Shown piece by piece: positions 1-9,916 of a stretch of DNA of 64,000 bases (its first letter is position 1; every line of letters starts with the position of its first letter). Origin of the DNA: Candidatus Omnitrophota bacterium (GTDB lineage Bacteria > Omnitrophota > Gorgyraeia > Zapsychrales > Aceulaceae); the NCBI GenBank assembly GCA_028693815.1, contig JAQUUP010000008.1, positions 5,287-69,286 on the forward strand. Direction: 5' to 3'. A program made the position numbers and the translations under genes. The notes beneath the pieces are model-generated. The model ran no database searches. It saw only the letters and a program-made list of their open reading frames with translations, and was not told where the DNA came from.

Positions 1-346
1 CCGAAATGTTTTTCATTTGACGTTGGTTCATAATACAGGTATTGCTTTTGGTCTTTTTAAGAATCAAGGCATTGTTTTTGTTGTTATCTCTGCAATTGCG
101 ATTCTTTTGTTTAGCGCTTATCTTTATTTGCATAGAGAAGATGAGCATTTTGGACCACTTTATATTTTTGCTTTTTCTTTGATTATCGGTGGTGCTTTAG
201 GAAATCTAATTGATCGAGTGTGCTTTGGATATGTGATTGATTTTATTGATTTTCAAGTGTGGCCTGTCTTTAATTTAGCTGATAGTGCGATTACCATTGG
301 AACAATTATTATTTTAATGACATGTATCCCATTCTTTTCAAAATAG
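1..346 (+). CDS. lspA: Lipoprotein signal peptidase II, C-terminal part (5' end lies outside the window)
   Basis: The translation contains the conserved SPase II C-terminal block [16 protein letters not shown] and is hydrophobic with several TM helices. The ORF is open to base 1. Confidence 0.8.
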   Translation, partial: RNVFHLTLVHNTGIAFGLFKNQGIVFVVISAIAILLFSAYLYLHREDEHFGPLYIFAFSLIIGGALGNLIDRVCFGYVIDFIDFQVWPVFNLADSAITIGTIIILMTCIPFFSK

Positions 347-1047
347 GATCGTTAACCATTTATTCGTATGGAGCAATGTTGGCTCTTGCGATTGTGGTTT
401 GCTCTTTTTTGCTTCAAAAAGAAGCAAAGCAAAAAGGGATTAATCCAGACTTTATTTTTGATCTTGTTTTTTGGGTTGCTATTTTTGGTATTTTAGGAAG
501 CCGGATATTTTTTGTTTTTTTGAATATCTCTTATTTCATTGATCACCCTTTCGAAATTATTATGATTTATAAGGGGGGATTGGCGTGGCAGGGTGGATTG
601 ATTTTAGGGTCACTAGCAGGGTTTCTTTTTATTAAAAGAAAAAAAGAGCCTTTGTTACAAGTAATAGATTTAGTCGCTCCATATATTGCTTTGGGTCAAG
701 CCATTGGTCGATTGGGATGTTTTTTAAATGGATGTTGTTACGGGAAAGAAGCCCAATGGGGAATCTTTTTTCCTGTCCATTCTGCAAAATTGCAACCAAC
801 GCAGTTGTATTCATTTGCAAGCCTTCTTGCCATATTTTTTACGCTTAAATATTTCCAAAAAAAGAATATTGCACCAGGGACAGTTTTTATTCTATATTTT
901 ATTTTATCTTCCACGCAAAGGTTTTTTATTCAATTCGTGCGCGCAGATTATGATCCCATTTTTTTAAATTTAGGAATTTTCCAAATTATTAATATTTGTA
1001 TTATTTTAGTGGCCACTTATGGATACGCATACCTTAATCGTCGGTGA
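322..1047 (+). CDS. lgt: Prolipoprotein diacylglyceryl transferase
   Basis: Polytopic membrane protein with the Lgt signature region [17 protein letters not shown]. It follows lspA with a 25-nt overlap. Confidence 0.85.
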   Translation: MYPILFKIGSLTIYSYGAMLALAIVVCSFLLQKEAKQKGINPDFIFDLVFWVAIFGILGSRIFFVFLNISYFIDHPFEIIMIYKGGLAWQGGLILGSLAGFLFIKRKKEPLLQVIDLVAPYIALGQAIGRLGCFLNGCCYGKEAQWGIFFPVHSAKLQPTQLYSFASLLAIFFTLKYFQKKNIAPGTVFILYFILSSTQRFFIQFVRADYDPIFLNLGIFQIINICIILVATYGYAYLNRR

Positions 1048-1912
1048 AGATCATGTTAATGAACGCGTAGATATTTTCTTAGCATCGAATCTTCCGCAAT
1101 GCCCATCTCGAAGTTTTGCAAAGCATTTAATTGATCAAAACTTGGTTTCTGTTAATCAAAAAATTGTCAAACCTCATTACAAGATTCAGATTGGGGATGC
1201 CATAGAAGTTAAATCTGAGCTTCCTGGAGAATTGCGCGCAACACCACAAGATATTGCATTAGATATTTTTTATGAAGATGAAGATATTGTTGTTGTCAAT
1301 AAACCAGTTGGCATGGTGGTGCATCCTGCGCCAGGATGTCGTAGCGGTACTTTGGTGAACGCTCTTTTATATCGATATCAAGAGCTGTCGACTGCTGGCG
1401 ATGCTCTTCGTCCTGGTATTGTGCATCGCCTAGACAAGGAGACATCAGGGTTGATTGTTGTTGCAAGAAACAACAAATCACATGTTCGCTTGGCAGGGCA
1501 ATTTGAAAAACGTATTGTGAAAAAACAATATGTTGCTTTAGTTGAGAATTTAATTGAATTTGACGAGGGAAAGATTGATGTTCCTTTAGGTCAGCATCCG
1601 CAACATAGAGAAAAGAGGGCTATCCTTGCTGCGAACGCAAAGTCTGCTGAAACAGTTTATAGGGTTTTAAAGCGATTTAAGAAATCTACGCTTGTTGCTC
1701 TTATGCCCAAAACAGGACGGACGCATCAGTTGCGTGTTCACATGGCTTACTTGGGCCATCCTATTTTAGGGGATGATAAATATGGGAAGAAAGCGAATTT
1801 CCCAAGATTAGCGCTACATGCAAGATCTATTGTTTTTAAACATCCAACGAAATTCAAATGGATTGGGTTTTCTTCCATTATTCCAAAAGAGTTTTTAAAG
1901 GAAGATTTTTGA
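1019..1912 (+). CDS. rluD: RluA-family 23S rRNA pseudouridine synthase (RluD-like) with an N-terminal S4 domain
   Basis: Catalytic motif HRLDKETSGLIVVARN is present, with S4-like N-terminal region and RluA-family length. Confidence 0.8.
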   Translation: MDTHTLIVGEDHVNERVDIFLASNLPQCPSRSFAKHLIDQNLVSVNQKIVKPHYKIQIGDAIEVKSELPGELRATPQDIALDIFYEDEDIVVVNKPVGMVVHPAPGCRSGTLVNALLYRYQELSTAGDALRPGIVHRLDKETSGLIVVARNNKSHVRLAGQFEKRIVKKQYVALVENLIEFDEGKIDVPLGQHPQHREKRAILAANAKSAETVYRVLKRFKKSTLVALMPKTGRTHQLRVHMAYLGHPILGDDKYGKKANFPRLALHARSIVFKHPTKFKWIGFSSIIPKEFLKEDF

Positions 1913-2008
1913 GAGATTCGTTTTTTTGGTTTTTTTCGAATCTGCTTTACTTATGAATCCTTTCTCTTATAATAATATTAGTATAAAATTTAAAAGGAGA
2001 AAAAGAAT

Positions 2009-2830
2009 ATGAATAAATCAGGAAAAACACTAACAATTTTTCTTGTCGTTTTTTCAATCTTACTTTTGTCCCTAACGGCTATTTCGATATTCTTCTTTCA
2101 AAAAGAACGTGAGATGCGTCAAGGAGCTCAGGCAAAATTGGAAGTTTCTGAGCAAGACAGGGCCAGAATATCTGGAGAGCTAGAAGAATCTATTGCAAAA
2201 AATACTTTGTTTGAGCAACGACTTAAAGAAGCGGATGAAAAAATTAATGGTCTTTTAGATGATTTTGATTTAGAAAAAGCATTAAAAGAAGAGATCAAAA
2301 AAGAAAATTTGGTTTTAAAGAATAATGTTGATTCTTTAACTGTCGAAAAAAATAAATTTCAAAAGGAAGCGATTGCTTTGAGAGAGAAAACTGCATCGCT
2401 AGATCAGGAATTAACAGCATCAAAAAATTTGGGAATAGAGCTCACGGAGAAATTAAGAGAAAGAGAAGAAAGGATTAAGTCTTTAGAAGAGGCGACAGAG
2501 CAAGATAAAGTTGATCTTGATAAAATTGTAATTACACCGGGTGAGCCAGTAGAATCTATTGAGACTCAAGAAGGCGTTTCTGAAAAGTCGCCAGAAGCTG
2601 TCGAAGGCAAGATACTAAAGATTAATCGTGAAAATAATTTTGTTATTATTAATTTAGGTCAGGAAAGCAAAATGCAAGAAGATGCTGTTGTTAAAATATA
2701 TCGTGGTAAATCGTTATTAGGGGAAGCAAAGGTAACGCGTGTTCAGGCATTAATGTCTGTTGCTGATGTCTTGCCTCCCTTGCTTGCAAAGAAAATAAAA
2801 GTTAACGATAAGGTTGTTGTTCCGCAATGA
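2009..2830 (+). CDS. Hypothetical membrane-anchored coiled-coil protein with a small C-terminal beta-rich domain
   Basis: N-terminal TM segment (TLTIFLVVFSILLLSLTAISIFFF), about 150 aa of heptad-like E/K/L-rich sequence, and a C-terminal block GKILKINRENNFVIINLG...VVKIYRGKSLLGEAKVTRV. An RBS (aaaggag) precedes the ATG. Confidence 0.5.
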   Translation: MNKSGKTLTIFLVVFSILLLSLTAISIFFFQKEREMRQGAQAKLEVSEQDRARISGELEESIAKNTLFEQRLKEADEKINGLLDDFDLEKALKEEIKKENLVLKNNVDSLTVEKNKFQKEAIALREKTASLDQELTASKNLGIELTEKLREREERIKSLEEATEQDKVDLDKIVITPGEPVESIETQEGVSEKSPEAVEGKILKINRENNFVIINLGQESKMQEDAVVKIYRGKSLLGEAKVTRVQALMSVADVLPPLLAKKIKVNDKVVVPQ

Positions 2831-4116
2831 TTCTTTCGGTCGGTCCTATCAAAAATTTAAAGGGAAGTATTTTTCTTCCTTCTTCAAAATCTTATTCGAT
2901 TCGTGCTGTTATTATTAGTGCTTGTGGCGGCACATCTAGAATTAAAAATCTTTCTTCTTGCGATGATGTCAAGTCTGCTATTTGTGTCGCAAAATATTTA
3001 GGGTCGAGTGTTATTTCTTTTTCGAAAACAGATTATTTTGTTAAAGCAAATTTTTCAAAAGAAAAGAAATCTTTTATTGTTAATGTTAATGAATCCGGAA
3101 CAGTGCTGCGTTTTGTTTTGCCTCTTTTGGCATTAAAAAATAATAAAAGTCAAGTTTTTGGGGAAGGAACACTTTGCTCTCGACCAAATCATTTTTTAAC
3201 AAAAGTATTGCGAGAAATGGGGCGAGACGTAAAAGGAAAAGGAATCAAAGAAACAGTTCCGATTAGCATTGAAGGTGGTTGTTTAAAAGGGGGACAAGTT
3301 AGCATTGATGGGTCCTTGAGTTCCCAGTTTATATCTGCGCTTTTAATTGCTGCGCCGTTCTTGAAAAATGATTTGCAGCTTTTTATTAAAGGAAAAACAT
3401 TTGTTTCTCAGACGTATATTGAGATGACAATTAATGTTCTTGAGAAAGCTGGTGTTTTGGTTCGGCGCGTATCGAGGAATTGTTTTCTGGTTAAGGCTAA
3501 TCAGGAATTTAAAGGATTGAAGAATTTTGTAGTTCCGTCAGATTACGGCTTGGCTGCTTTTTTGTTAGCGGCCGGGGCTTTGGTTTCATCTGATATAAGT
3601 TTAAAAGGATTTTTGGATTCGAGTTTGATTCAGGCCGATGGCAAAATAATGGATTTTTTAAAAATAATGGGCGTTAAAATAAGCAGGACGAAGAGTTCTT
3701 TGCAGCTTAAAGGCCCTTTTATTTTAAATGGCGGTTCTTTTTCTTTGAAGGATTGTCCGGATCTTCTTCCAATTATGAGTATTTTAGCTCTTTTTGCTCA
3801 AAAAAAGACACGTCTTTATGGTATTGAGCATGCGCGGATTAAAGAATCGGATCGGATTGGCGATTTAAAGAAAGAATTAATGAAGATTGGGGCTAAGATT
3901 ACTGAGAAAAAAGGTGAGATAATTATTTATCCTCAAAAAGAATACAGGAAAAATGTTTTACTTGACCCTCATCATGATCATCGGTTGGCAATGTCATTTT
4001 GTGTTTTAGGGTTAAAAGTTGGTGCGAGAGTTAAAGATATAGAATGTATTAATAAATCGTATCCAGGCTTTCTTTCTGATTTTAGAAAATTAGGGGCAAA
4101 GATTGATAAAATATAA
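2827..4116 (+). CDS. aroA: 3-phosphoshikimate 1-carboxyvinyltransferase (EPSP synthase)
   Basis: Block-by-block match to AroA rather than MurA: LPSSKSYSIRA (AroA LPGSKSVSNRA), IDGSLSSQFISALLIAAP (VDGSVSSQFLTALLMTAP), RIKESDRIGDLKKEL (RVKETDRLFAMATEL) and HDHRLAMSF (NDHRMAMCF). Confidence 0.85.
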   Translation: MILSVGPIKNLKGSIFLPSSKSYSIRAVIISACGGTSRIKNLSSCDDVKSAICVAKYLGSSVISFSKTDYFVKANFSKEKKSFIVNVNESGTVLRFVLPLLALKNNKSQVFGEGTLCSRPNHFLTKVLREMGRDVKGKGIKETVPISIEGGCLKGGQVSIDGSLSSQFISALLIAAPFLKNDLQLFIKGKTFVSQTYIEMTINVLEKAGVLVRRVSRNCFLVKANQEFKGLKNFVVPSDYGLAAFLLAAGALVSSDISLKGFLDSSLIQADGKIMDFLKIMGVKISRTKSSLQLKGPFILNGGSFSLKDCPDLLPIMSILALFAQKKTRLYGIEHARIKESDRIGDLKKELMKIGAKITEKKGEIIIYPQKEYRKNVLLDPHHDHRLAMSFCVLGLKVGARVKDIECINKSYPGFLSDFRKLGAKIDKI

Positions 4117-4129
4117 AAAGCCTTTGGGA

Positions 4130-4158
4130 TTGACACTGCTTTTCTTTTCATATAAGAT
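4130..4158 (+). promoter_or_regulatory. Sigma70-type promoter upstream of mreB (TTGACA - 17 nt - TAAGAT)
   Basis: Perfect -35 hexamer TTGACA at 4130-4135, a 17-nt spacer, and the -10 hexamer TAAGAT (or the overlapping TATAAG) about 30 nt upstream of the mreB ATG. Confidence 0.45.
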
Positions 4159-4185
4159 GTTTTTGTTACCAATAGGAGCAATAAT

Positions 4186-5262
4186 ATGATACTGCGAAGA
4201 TTCTGGAAGAAAGCTAAAAAAGGTATAAATTATATCTTTGGTCTTTTTTCCAATGACATGGGAATCGATCTAGGAACGGCTACTACTTTAGTTTATATTA
4301 AGGGACAAGGGGTTGTTCTGTGCGAGCCATCTGTTGTCGCTATTCATAAAGAGACTGGCCAAGTTTTGGCTGTTGGTGAAGAAGCTAAAAGAATGCTCGG
4401 TCGTACTCCTGGCTCTATTGTGGCGATACGCCCAATGCGAAATGGTGTTATTTCTGATTTCGAGATAACAGAAGCAATGCTTCGTTATTTTATTAAGAAA
4501 GTTCATTCTCGAAAGGTATTAGTCCGTCCGGCGATGGTTGTTGCGATTCCGTCGGGTATTACAGAGGTAGAAAAAAGAGCTGTTAAAGATTCTGCTGAGC
4601 GGGCTGGTGCACGCTCTGTTGATTTAATTGAAGAGCCAAAAGCTGCTGCGATTGGGGCTGGTCTTCCTGTAGAAGATCCGGCCGGCAATATGATTGTTGA
4701 TATTGGAGGGGGAACCACAGAGTTTGCGGTTCTTTCTTTAGGAGGCATTGTTAATTCGCAATCTATTAGAATTGCAGGAGATGAGATGGATACAGCTATT
4801 ATTGATTTCTTAGGCAAGACGTACAACTTGATGATTGGTGAGCGTACCGCTGAAGAGATTAAGATTCGCATTGGATCTGCTTATCCTCTGGATGAAGAAT
4901 TGACTATGGATGTTAGAGGGCGAGATCTTATTTCTGGTTTACCGAAAACAATTACGATTACCTCTGCAGAAATTCGTGAAGCGCTTCAGCCTCCAGTTCG
5001 GGCTATTGTTGATGCATCGAAGGTGACGTTGGAGCAGACTCCACCAGAGCTTGCCGCTGATCTTATTGATCGAGGCATTGTCATGGCAGGCGGTGGTTCT
5101 ATGTTAAGAGGTCTTGACAAATTGATTGCTGAAGAGACAGGACTTCCTGTTCACATCGCTGATGATCCGTTGACAGCTGTTGTGTTAGGAACCGGTCAGA
5201 TGTTGGATATGCCTTTAAGATTACGTCGAGGCCTTGTGGTTCCTACTAAAATTGATTTCTAA
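4186..5262 (+). CDS. mreB: Rod-shape-determining actin homologue MreB
   Basis: N-terminal [12 protein letters not shown] and the actin/Hsp70 fold motifs DIGGGTTE and [10 protein letters not shown]. Confidence 0.95.
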   Translation: MILRRFWKKAKKGINYIFGLFSNDMGIDLGTATTLVYIKGQGVVLCEPSVVAIHKETGQVLAVGEEAKRMLGRTPGSIVAIRPMRNGVISDFEITEAMLRYFIKKVHSRKVLVRPAMVVAIPSGITEVEKRAVKDSAERAGARSVDLIEEPKAAAIGAGLPVEDPAGNMIVDIGGGTTEFAVLSLGGIVNSQSIRIAGDEMDTAIIDFLGKTYNLMIGERTAEEIKIRIGSAYPLDEELTMDVRGRDLISGLPKTITITSAEIREALQPPVRAIVDASKVTLEQTPPELAADLIDRGIVMAGGGSMLRGLDKLIAEETGLPVHIADDPLTAVVLGTGQMLDMPLRLRRGLVVPTKIDF

Positions 5263-5281
5263 TGTTTGAAAGAATATTAAT

Positions 5282-6073
5282 GTGTTTCGAAGCTCACAAC
5301 GAAAATTTATATATTTCTTAATTCTTGCCCTTCCATTCTTTATTTTATTCTTTAATCAAAATATTTTTTCTGGATTGCGAACAGCTGTCATTTCTGCTTC
5401 CTCTTGGCCAATCAAGATTGTTACCTTTCCCTTAAAAGAAGTTAAAAAGATTTTATTTTATCGAAAAACTTTTAATGAAAATAGAATTTTAACCGACGAG
5501 GTCAAAACCCTTAGAAGGCGCTTGATTGAACAAGAGGAAGTTTTGAAAGAAAATAGCCGTTTTAAAAATCTTTTGGATTTTCAGTCAGCATCTGTTTTTT
5601 CTTCTGTTGCAGCGAGCGTTGTAGGACGAGATCCATCGAATTGGAGCGCAGTTATTGTCATTGATCGCGGAGAAGTTGATGGATTAGAGCAGGGAATGCC
5701 GGTGGTCAGCTCTTTAGGTGTCATTGGCAAAATTTTAGAAGTTGGATCTAGAGTAAGCAAAGTGATGCTTTTGACAGATCCAAGTTTTAGCGTCGCCGCT
5801 ATTATTCAGCGCAATCGAGAGCAGGGCTTGGTTTCTGGAACATTGCAGGGGATTTGTCGAATGCAATATTTGTCACCAGAGTCAAAAATTAATATCGGTG
5901 ATAATGTTATTACATCAAAGTTGAGTTCTTTTTTTCCGGAAGGGCTTTTGGTTGGAAAAGTTATTGCTGTTCAGGATAGTCCTGGTAGTCCGACAATCGA
6001 ATGCTTTGTCGAGCCAGCTGTTTCGCTATCACAAATAGAAGAAGTGATTGTGCTTAAAATACCACGGGAATAA
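5282..6073 (+). CDS. mreC: Rod-shape-determining protein MreC
   Basis: N-terminal TM segment, a coiled-coil region, and the MreC beta-domain (GMPVVSSLGVIGKI...). Conserved position after mreB. Confidence 0.85.
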   Translation: MFRSSQRKFIYFLILALPFFILFFNQNIFSGLRTAVISASSWPIKIVTFPLKEVKKILFYRKTFNENRILTDEVKTLRRRLIEQEEVLKENSRFKNLLDFQSASVFSSVAASVVGRDPSNWSAVIVIDRGEVDGLEQGMPVVSSLGVIGKILEVGSRVSKVMLLTDPSFSVAAIIQRNREQGLVSGTLQGICRMQYLSPESKINIGDNVITSKLSSFFPEGLLVGKVIAVQDSPGSPTIECFVEPAVSLSQIEEVIVLKIPRE

Positions 6074-6092
6074 ATTTAGGTGTTTAGAATTT

Positions 6093-6578
6093 ATGAAAAA
6101 ACTTTTTGGAATTGCTTTTTTTTCATTTGTGCTATTTTTAGCCGAAGTAGCAATTTTTCAGATATTTGGGTCTTGGTTTAAGCCTAATCTTCTTATTTTG
6201 CTTGTAGTTTATTCTAATTTAAAGTTTGGCATTCGTTATGGGATTTTTGCTTCTTTAATCGGGGGTATTCTTTCTGATAGTTTTGGTTCTGGAATTTTCG
6301 GTGTTCATATTATATCTTTTATGTTTTGTTCGTATATTCTAGCTTTGGTTAGGAAGTATTTCTTACAGTTTGATGCTCTTTCTTTTAAGTTTATTATTTC
6401 TGGATTTTTTAGTTCTCTTAATGTTATTTTAATTTATTTTATTAGTTCAATATTCTTAAAGATTAATTTTAGCGATGTTTTTATTTTCATTTTTCTTCCC
6501 GAAGTTGCGGCAACCGTTGCGGTTTCGCCGTTTTGTTTTGATTATCTTAGAAAATGCGACTTAAAGTTATTAAATTAA
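6093..6578 (+). CDS. mreD: Rod-shape-determining protein MreD
   Basis: Small polytopic membrane protein immediately after mreC. The start is placed at the internal ATG (MKKLFGIAFF) 15 codons into the track ORF, just after the mreC stop. Confidence 0.7.
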   Translation: MKKLFGIAFFSFVLFLAEVAIFQIFGSWFKPNLLILLVVYSNLKFGIRYGIFASLIGGILSDSFGSGIFGVHIISFMFCSYILALVRKYFLQFDALSFKFIISGFFSSLNVILIYFISSIFLKINFSDVFIFIFLPEVAATVAVSPFCFDYLRKCDLKLLN

Positions 6579-8269
6579 TTATTTCTAGTCTTTTCCTTGT
6601 TTTAATTTTGGGGCTTTTTTATCTTCAAATTATCAAGGGTAATGAATACTATGAATTGAGTCGATACAACCGTATTCGTATTGTATCGATTGAGGGTAAT
6701 CGGGGACGTATTTTAGATCGAAATGGCGTTGTTTTGGCAGATACTCGTGTATCGTTTGATGCGGTTGTTGTTCCTCAAGAAATTAAAAATAAAGAGGATT
6801 TATTTCTGTTTTTAAGTAAAACTTTGGAAATTGATCGCGATGCATTAATAAAAATTTTTAGAGAGAAATCAGCGGCTCCTTTTGTTCCGGTTATTATTCA
6901 AGAGGACGTTAATCAAAAGAAAGCTATTGCTTTAGAGGAGAATAAATTTCGATTTCCTGGACTTTTTGTGAAAGTGGGTGCAAAAAGAGAATATCCTTTT
7001 GGTAAAGTTGGTGCGCATGTTTTAGGTTATGTTTCAAGGATAAATCGGGACAAGATGAAGAAGTTTAAGGGTTATGGATATTCTGTTCAGGATGTGACTG
7101 GATATTCTGGAGTTGAAGAATATTATGACAATTTTTTAAGAGGACAGGATGGGGGTTTTCAGGTAGAAGTTAATAGCCGTGGTGAGCAAGTGCGTTTGCT
7201 GGGAAAGAAAGAACCGGTTAAAGGTCAAGACATTGTGCTGGGTATTGATGTTCGAATTCAGGAAATTGCAAGTGAGCTTCTTTCTGACCAAAAAGGGGCT
7301 ATTGTTGTTTTGGATCTTGACACAGGAGAAGTGTTGGGTTCGGTCAGTGTTCCGTCGTTTGATCCTAATGTTTTTACGGATGGTTCAAAATCTAAAGAAA
7401 GAGGTCGATTATTTTTAGATTCTTCTGCTCCAATGATGAATCGAGTGATTAGTGGCCAGAATCCGCCGGGGTCAATATTTAAGATTCCGATGGCTATTGC
7501 TGCGTTAGATCAAAAGAAGGTTTCAGTTGAAAAAACTTTTTTGTGCAATGGTGTCTATCGCTTAGGGAATAGATCCTTCCGGTGTTCTCATTCTCATGGG
7601 ATTCAGAATTTTACTGAAGCGATTGCTCATTCTTGCAATGTTTACTTTTATAATGTTGGATTATTGCTAGGCCCTGAGAAAATGGAGGAATATGCGCATC
7701 GATTTGGTTTAGGAAATTTGACGAATATTGATCTTCCGTACGAGGAACCTGGATTGATTCCAGATCCGGATAGGGCCTTTAAGCGTTCTGGGCGGTCTTG
7801 GAGCAAAGGAGATACGTTAAATTTCTCTATTGGGCAAGGAGATGTTTTAGCGACACCAATTCAGCTTGCTAATATGATTGCAACTGTTGCTCGCGAAGGA
7901 AAAGAAATTACTCCACATGTGATGATCTCTCTTGGAGATATGGAGAACAAAAAGTTGATTTTATCCCGAGATATGGATGTTCCTAAGAAATATTTTCAGG
8001 ATGTTAAAACTGGTATGAAAGCAGCCGTTGGAGATTATGCGGGGACAGCGCATTTATTGGCGATAAAAAATCTTTTAGTCCTTGGAAAGACGGGGACAGC
8101 ACAAACATCTGGAGGGAAGAACTCTCATTCTTGGTTTGCTGGTTTTTGCCCAGAGACAAAACGAAAAATAGTATTTTGTATCTTTCTAGAGCATGGTGGC
8201 TCTAGTTATTACGCGTGTCGTTTAGCCAAAAAGTTTTTGCTTAGAATGAGAGAAGAAGGGATTATATAG
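6554..8269 (+). CDS. mrdA: Penicillin-binding protein 2 (elongasome transpeptidase)
   Basis: N-terminal TM segment and PBP dimerisation domain. Transpeptidase motifs SxxK (GSIFKIP), SxN (SCN) and KTG (GKTGTAQ) are present. It is adjacent to mreD and rodA. Confidence 0.9.
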   Translation: MRLKVIKLIISSLFLVLILGLFYLQIIKGNEYYELSRYNRIRIVSIEGNRGRILDRNGVVLADTRVSFDAVVVPQEIKNKEDLFLFLSKTLEIDRDALIKIFREKSAAPFVPVIIQEDVNQKKAIALEENKFRFPGLFVKVGAKREYPFGKVGAHVLGYVSRINRDKMKKFKGYGYSVQDVTGYSGVEEYYDNFLRGQDGGFQVEVNSRGEQVRLLGKKEPVKGQDIVLGIDVRIQEIASELLSDQKGAIVVLDLDTGEVLGSVSVPSFDPNVFTDGSKSKERGRLFLDSSAPMMNRVISGQNPPGSIFKIPMAIAALDQKKVSVEKTFLCNGVYRLGNRSFRCSHSHGIQNFTEAIAHSCNVYFYNVGLLLGPEKMEEYAHRFGLGNLTNIDLPYEEPGLIPDPDRAFKRSGRSWSKGDTLNFSIGQGDVLATPIQLANMIATVAREGKEITPHVMISLGDMENKKLILSRDMDVPKKYFQDVKTGMKAAVGDYAGTAHLLAIKNLLVLGKTGTAQTSGGKNSHSWFAGFCPETKRKIVFCIFLEHGGSSYYACRLAKKFLLRMREEGII

Positions 8270-8275
8270 TTATTT

Positions 8276-9382
8276 ATGAGCCGAAATTTAAATAAAATTA
8301 TTTGGATTGCAATGATTGTTATTGTTTCTGTCGGTTTGCTTGCGTTGTATAGCGCCTCGTATCAAAATGCAAGAGTTTCGCAAAAAGTTTTTTTTGATCA
8401 GCTTATTTTAGCTGTTGTTGGGTTTTTAGCTATTTGGGGGTTAAGTCATGTGGATTATCGGAAATTTTATGACATAGCATATGTTCTTTATGCGGCGAAT
8501 GTTATTTTCTTGCTTGGAATTTTTATTTTTGGACATTACGCGCTTGGTGCAAAAAGATGGATTGAATTTTTTGGTTTAAATTTTCAACCATCGGAGTTGA
8601 TGAAGTTTTCAATTATTTTAGTTTTAGCGAGATATTTTGCTGATAATAAGCCAAAGATTGCTTTTCATCGCTATGGAGTCAATTCAGAGTTCTTTTCGGA
8701 TTTTCTAGTTCCATTTGTTATTGTCGCTTTTCCAGCCTTTTTAGTTTTTAAACAGCCTGATTTGGGGACAGCTCTTTTACTTTTTGGAATTTTTGTTGTT
8801 GTGTTGTATGCAAGTGGGATTGCGTATAAATATTTATTAGGTTTAATTAGTCTTGGGCTTGTTTCTCTCCCTGTTCTTTGGAGCTTCATGAAGTCATATC
8901 AAAAAGATCGATTGTTAGTTTTTTTAAATCCGAATATTGATCCTCTAGGAGCGGGATATACGATTATTCAATCAAAAATTGCCGTTGGGTCTGGTCAAAT
9001 ATTCGGCAAAGGGTGGTTGTCTGGAACACAAAATCAACTTAATTTTTTGCCTGAAAGGCACACAGATTTTATTTTTTCGGTTGTGGGAGAAGAGTGGGGT
9101 CTCGTTGGTTCTGTTTTTTTAATTTTTTGTTTTTTTATTCTTCTTATGAAAGCGCTTGATCTTATTGAACGAACTAAAGAAAAGTTTGGATATTTGGCAG
9201 GTATTGGTATTGTTACTATTTTGGCACTTCAAACTGTTATTAATATTGGCATGGTTTTAGGGCTTTGTCCGATTGTGGGCCTTACCTTACCTTTTGTTAG
9301 TTATGGTCGGTCTTCTTTTGTTGTTTTTGTTTTGATGATGGGTTTTCTGTTAAGTCTTGGAAAAAGAAGAACAATCTTTTAA
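8276..9382 (+). CDS. rodA: FtsW/RodA/SpoVE-family peptidoglycan glycosyltransferase (RodA by context)
   Basis: Ten-TM SEDS-family protein directly downstream of PBP2. Confidence 0.85.
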   Translation: MSRNLNKIIWIAMIVIVSVGLLALYSASYQNARVSQKVFFDQLILAVVGFLAIWGLSHVDYRKFYDIAYVLYAANVIFLLGIFIFGHYALGAKRWIEFFGLNFQPSELMKFSIILVLARYFADNKPKIAFHRYGVNSEFFSDFLVPFVIVAFPAFLVFKQPDLGTALLLFGIFVVVLYASGIAYKYLLGLISLGLVSLPVLWSFMKSYQKDRLLVFLNPNIDPLGAGYTIIQSKIAVGSGQIFGKGWLSGTQNQLNFLPERHTDFIFSVVGEEWGLVGSVFLIFCFFILLMKALDLIERTKEKFGYLAGIGIVTILALQTVINIGMVLGLCPIVGLTLPFVSYGRSSFVVFVLMMGFLLSLGKRRTIF

Positions 9383-9463
9383 ATGTCAACGATTAAATTT
9401 GTAATATTCTTAGTTTTAAGGTAATATATTATATATTTTTATAAATAGGTATATTTATACATT

Positions 9464-9916
9464 ATGGAAGATTATAAACGAGCTAATAAAAAGTTTTTAG
9501 GGGAGCTTCTTATTGAAAGAGGCGTTATTAATAAAACGCAACTAGATGAGGCTATCCTTTATCAAAGCAAAAAGGGAGTCTTAATTGGGGAGGCTTTGAT
9601 TTTGCTTAAACATGCCTCAGAAGAAGACATCGCACAAGCGTTAACTTCTCAATATGGATTTCCTTATTTACCTTTATCGAACTATGAGATTGAAGAAGAT
9701 GTTCTTTCTTCTGTTCCTCTTCATCTCTGTGAAAAGTTTTGCTTAGTTCCCATTGATAAGATTGGAGCAAGCTTGACTTTAGCTATGGCAAATCCGCTGG
9801 TTTCCGAGGCGATTGAAGAAATTGAAGAATTAACAAAATGTTCTGTTCAAACATTTGTTAGCACATCAACGGATGTGCGAAATACGATAGATCGATATTA
9901 TCGAGCAAAGAAATGA
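9464..9916 (+). CDS. Stand-alone MshEN / T2SSE_N regulatory module (candidate c-di-GMP receptor), first gene of the pilus locus
   Basis: Residues 9-32 (FLGELLIERGVINKTQLDEAILYQ) match the 24-aa MshEN motif (R)LGxxL(V/I)xxG(I/F)(L/V)xxxxLxxxLxxQ. Exactly 5 residues later (SKKGV) comes a second degenerate copy, LIGEALILLKHASEEDIAQALTSQ. The C-terminal half is a GSPII_E_N-like domain (LTLAMANPLVSEAIEEIEELT). It has no ATPase domain. Confidence 0.65.
   Translation: MEDYKRANKKFLGELLIERGVINKTQLDEAILYQSKKGVLIGEALILLKHASEEDIAQALTSQYGFPYLPLSNYEIEEDVLSSVPLHLCEKFCLVPIDKIGASLTLAMANPLVSEAIEEIEELTKCSVQTFVSTSTDVRNTIDRYYRAKK

Noticed and set aside
1914-1943. Inverted repeat AGATTCG...CGAATCT after rluD, as a possible terminator.
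   Set aside because: It is a 7-bp AT-rich stem with a 16-nt poly-T loop. That is not a convincing intrinsic terminator, and more likely reflects AT-rich low complexity.
2827-4116. Possible MurA (UDP-GlcNAc enolpyruvyl transferase), given the peptidoglycan-elongasome neighbourhood.
   Set aside because: Motif-by-motif comparison fits AroA (LPGSKS.S.RA, DGS.SSQF..ALL..AP, R.KE.DR, DHRMAMCF) rather than the MurA signature blocks. It is called an EPSP synthase.
4503-4871. 122-aa minus-strand ORF inside mreB, and similar ORFs at 8671-8889, 13405-13800, 23842-24294 and 28681-29109.
   Set aside because: They are antisense to well-supported conserved CDSs, with no independent homology signal and no start context.
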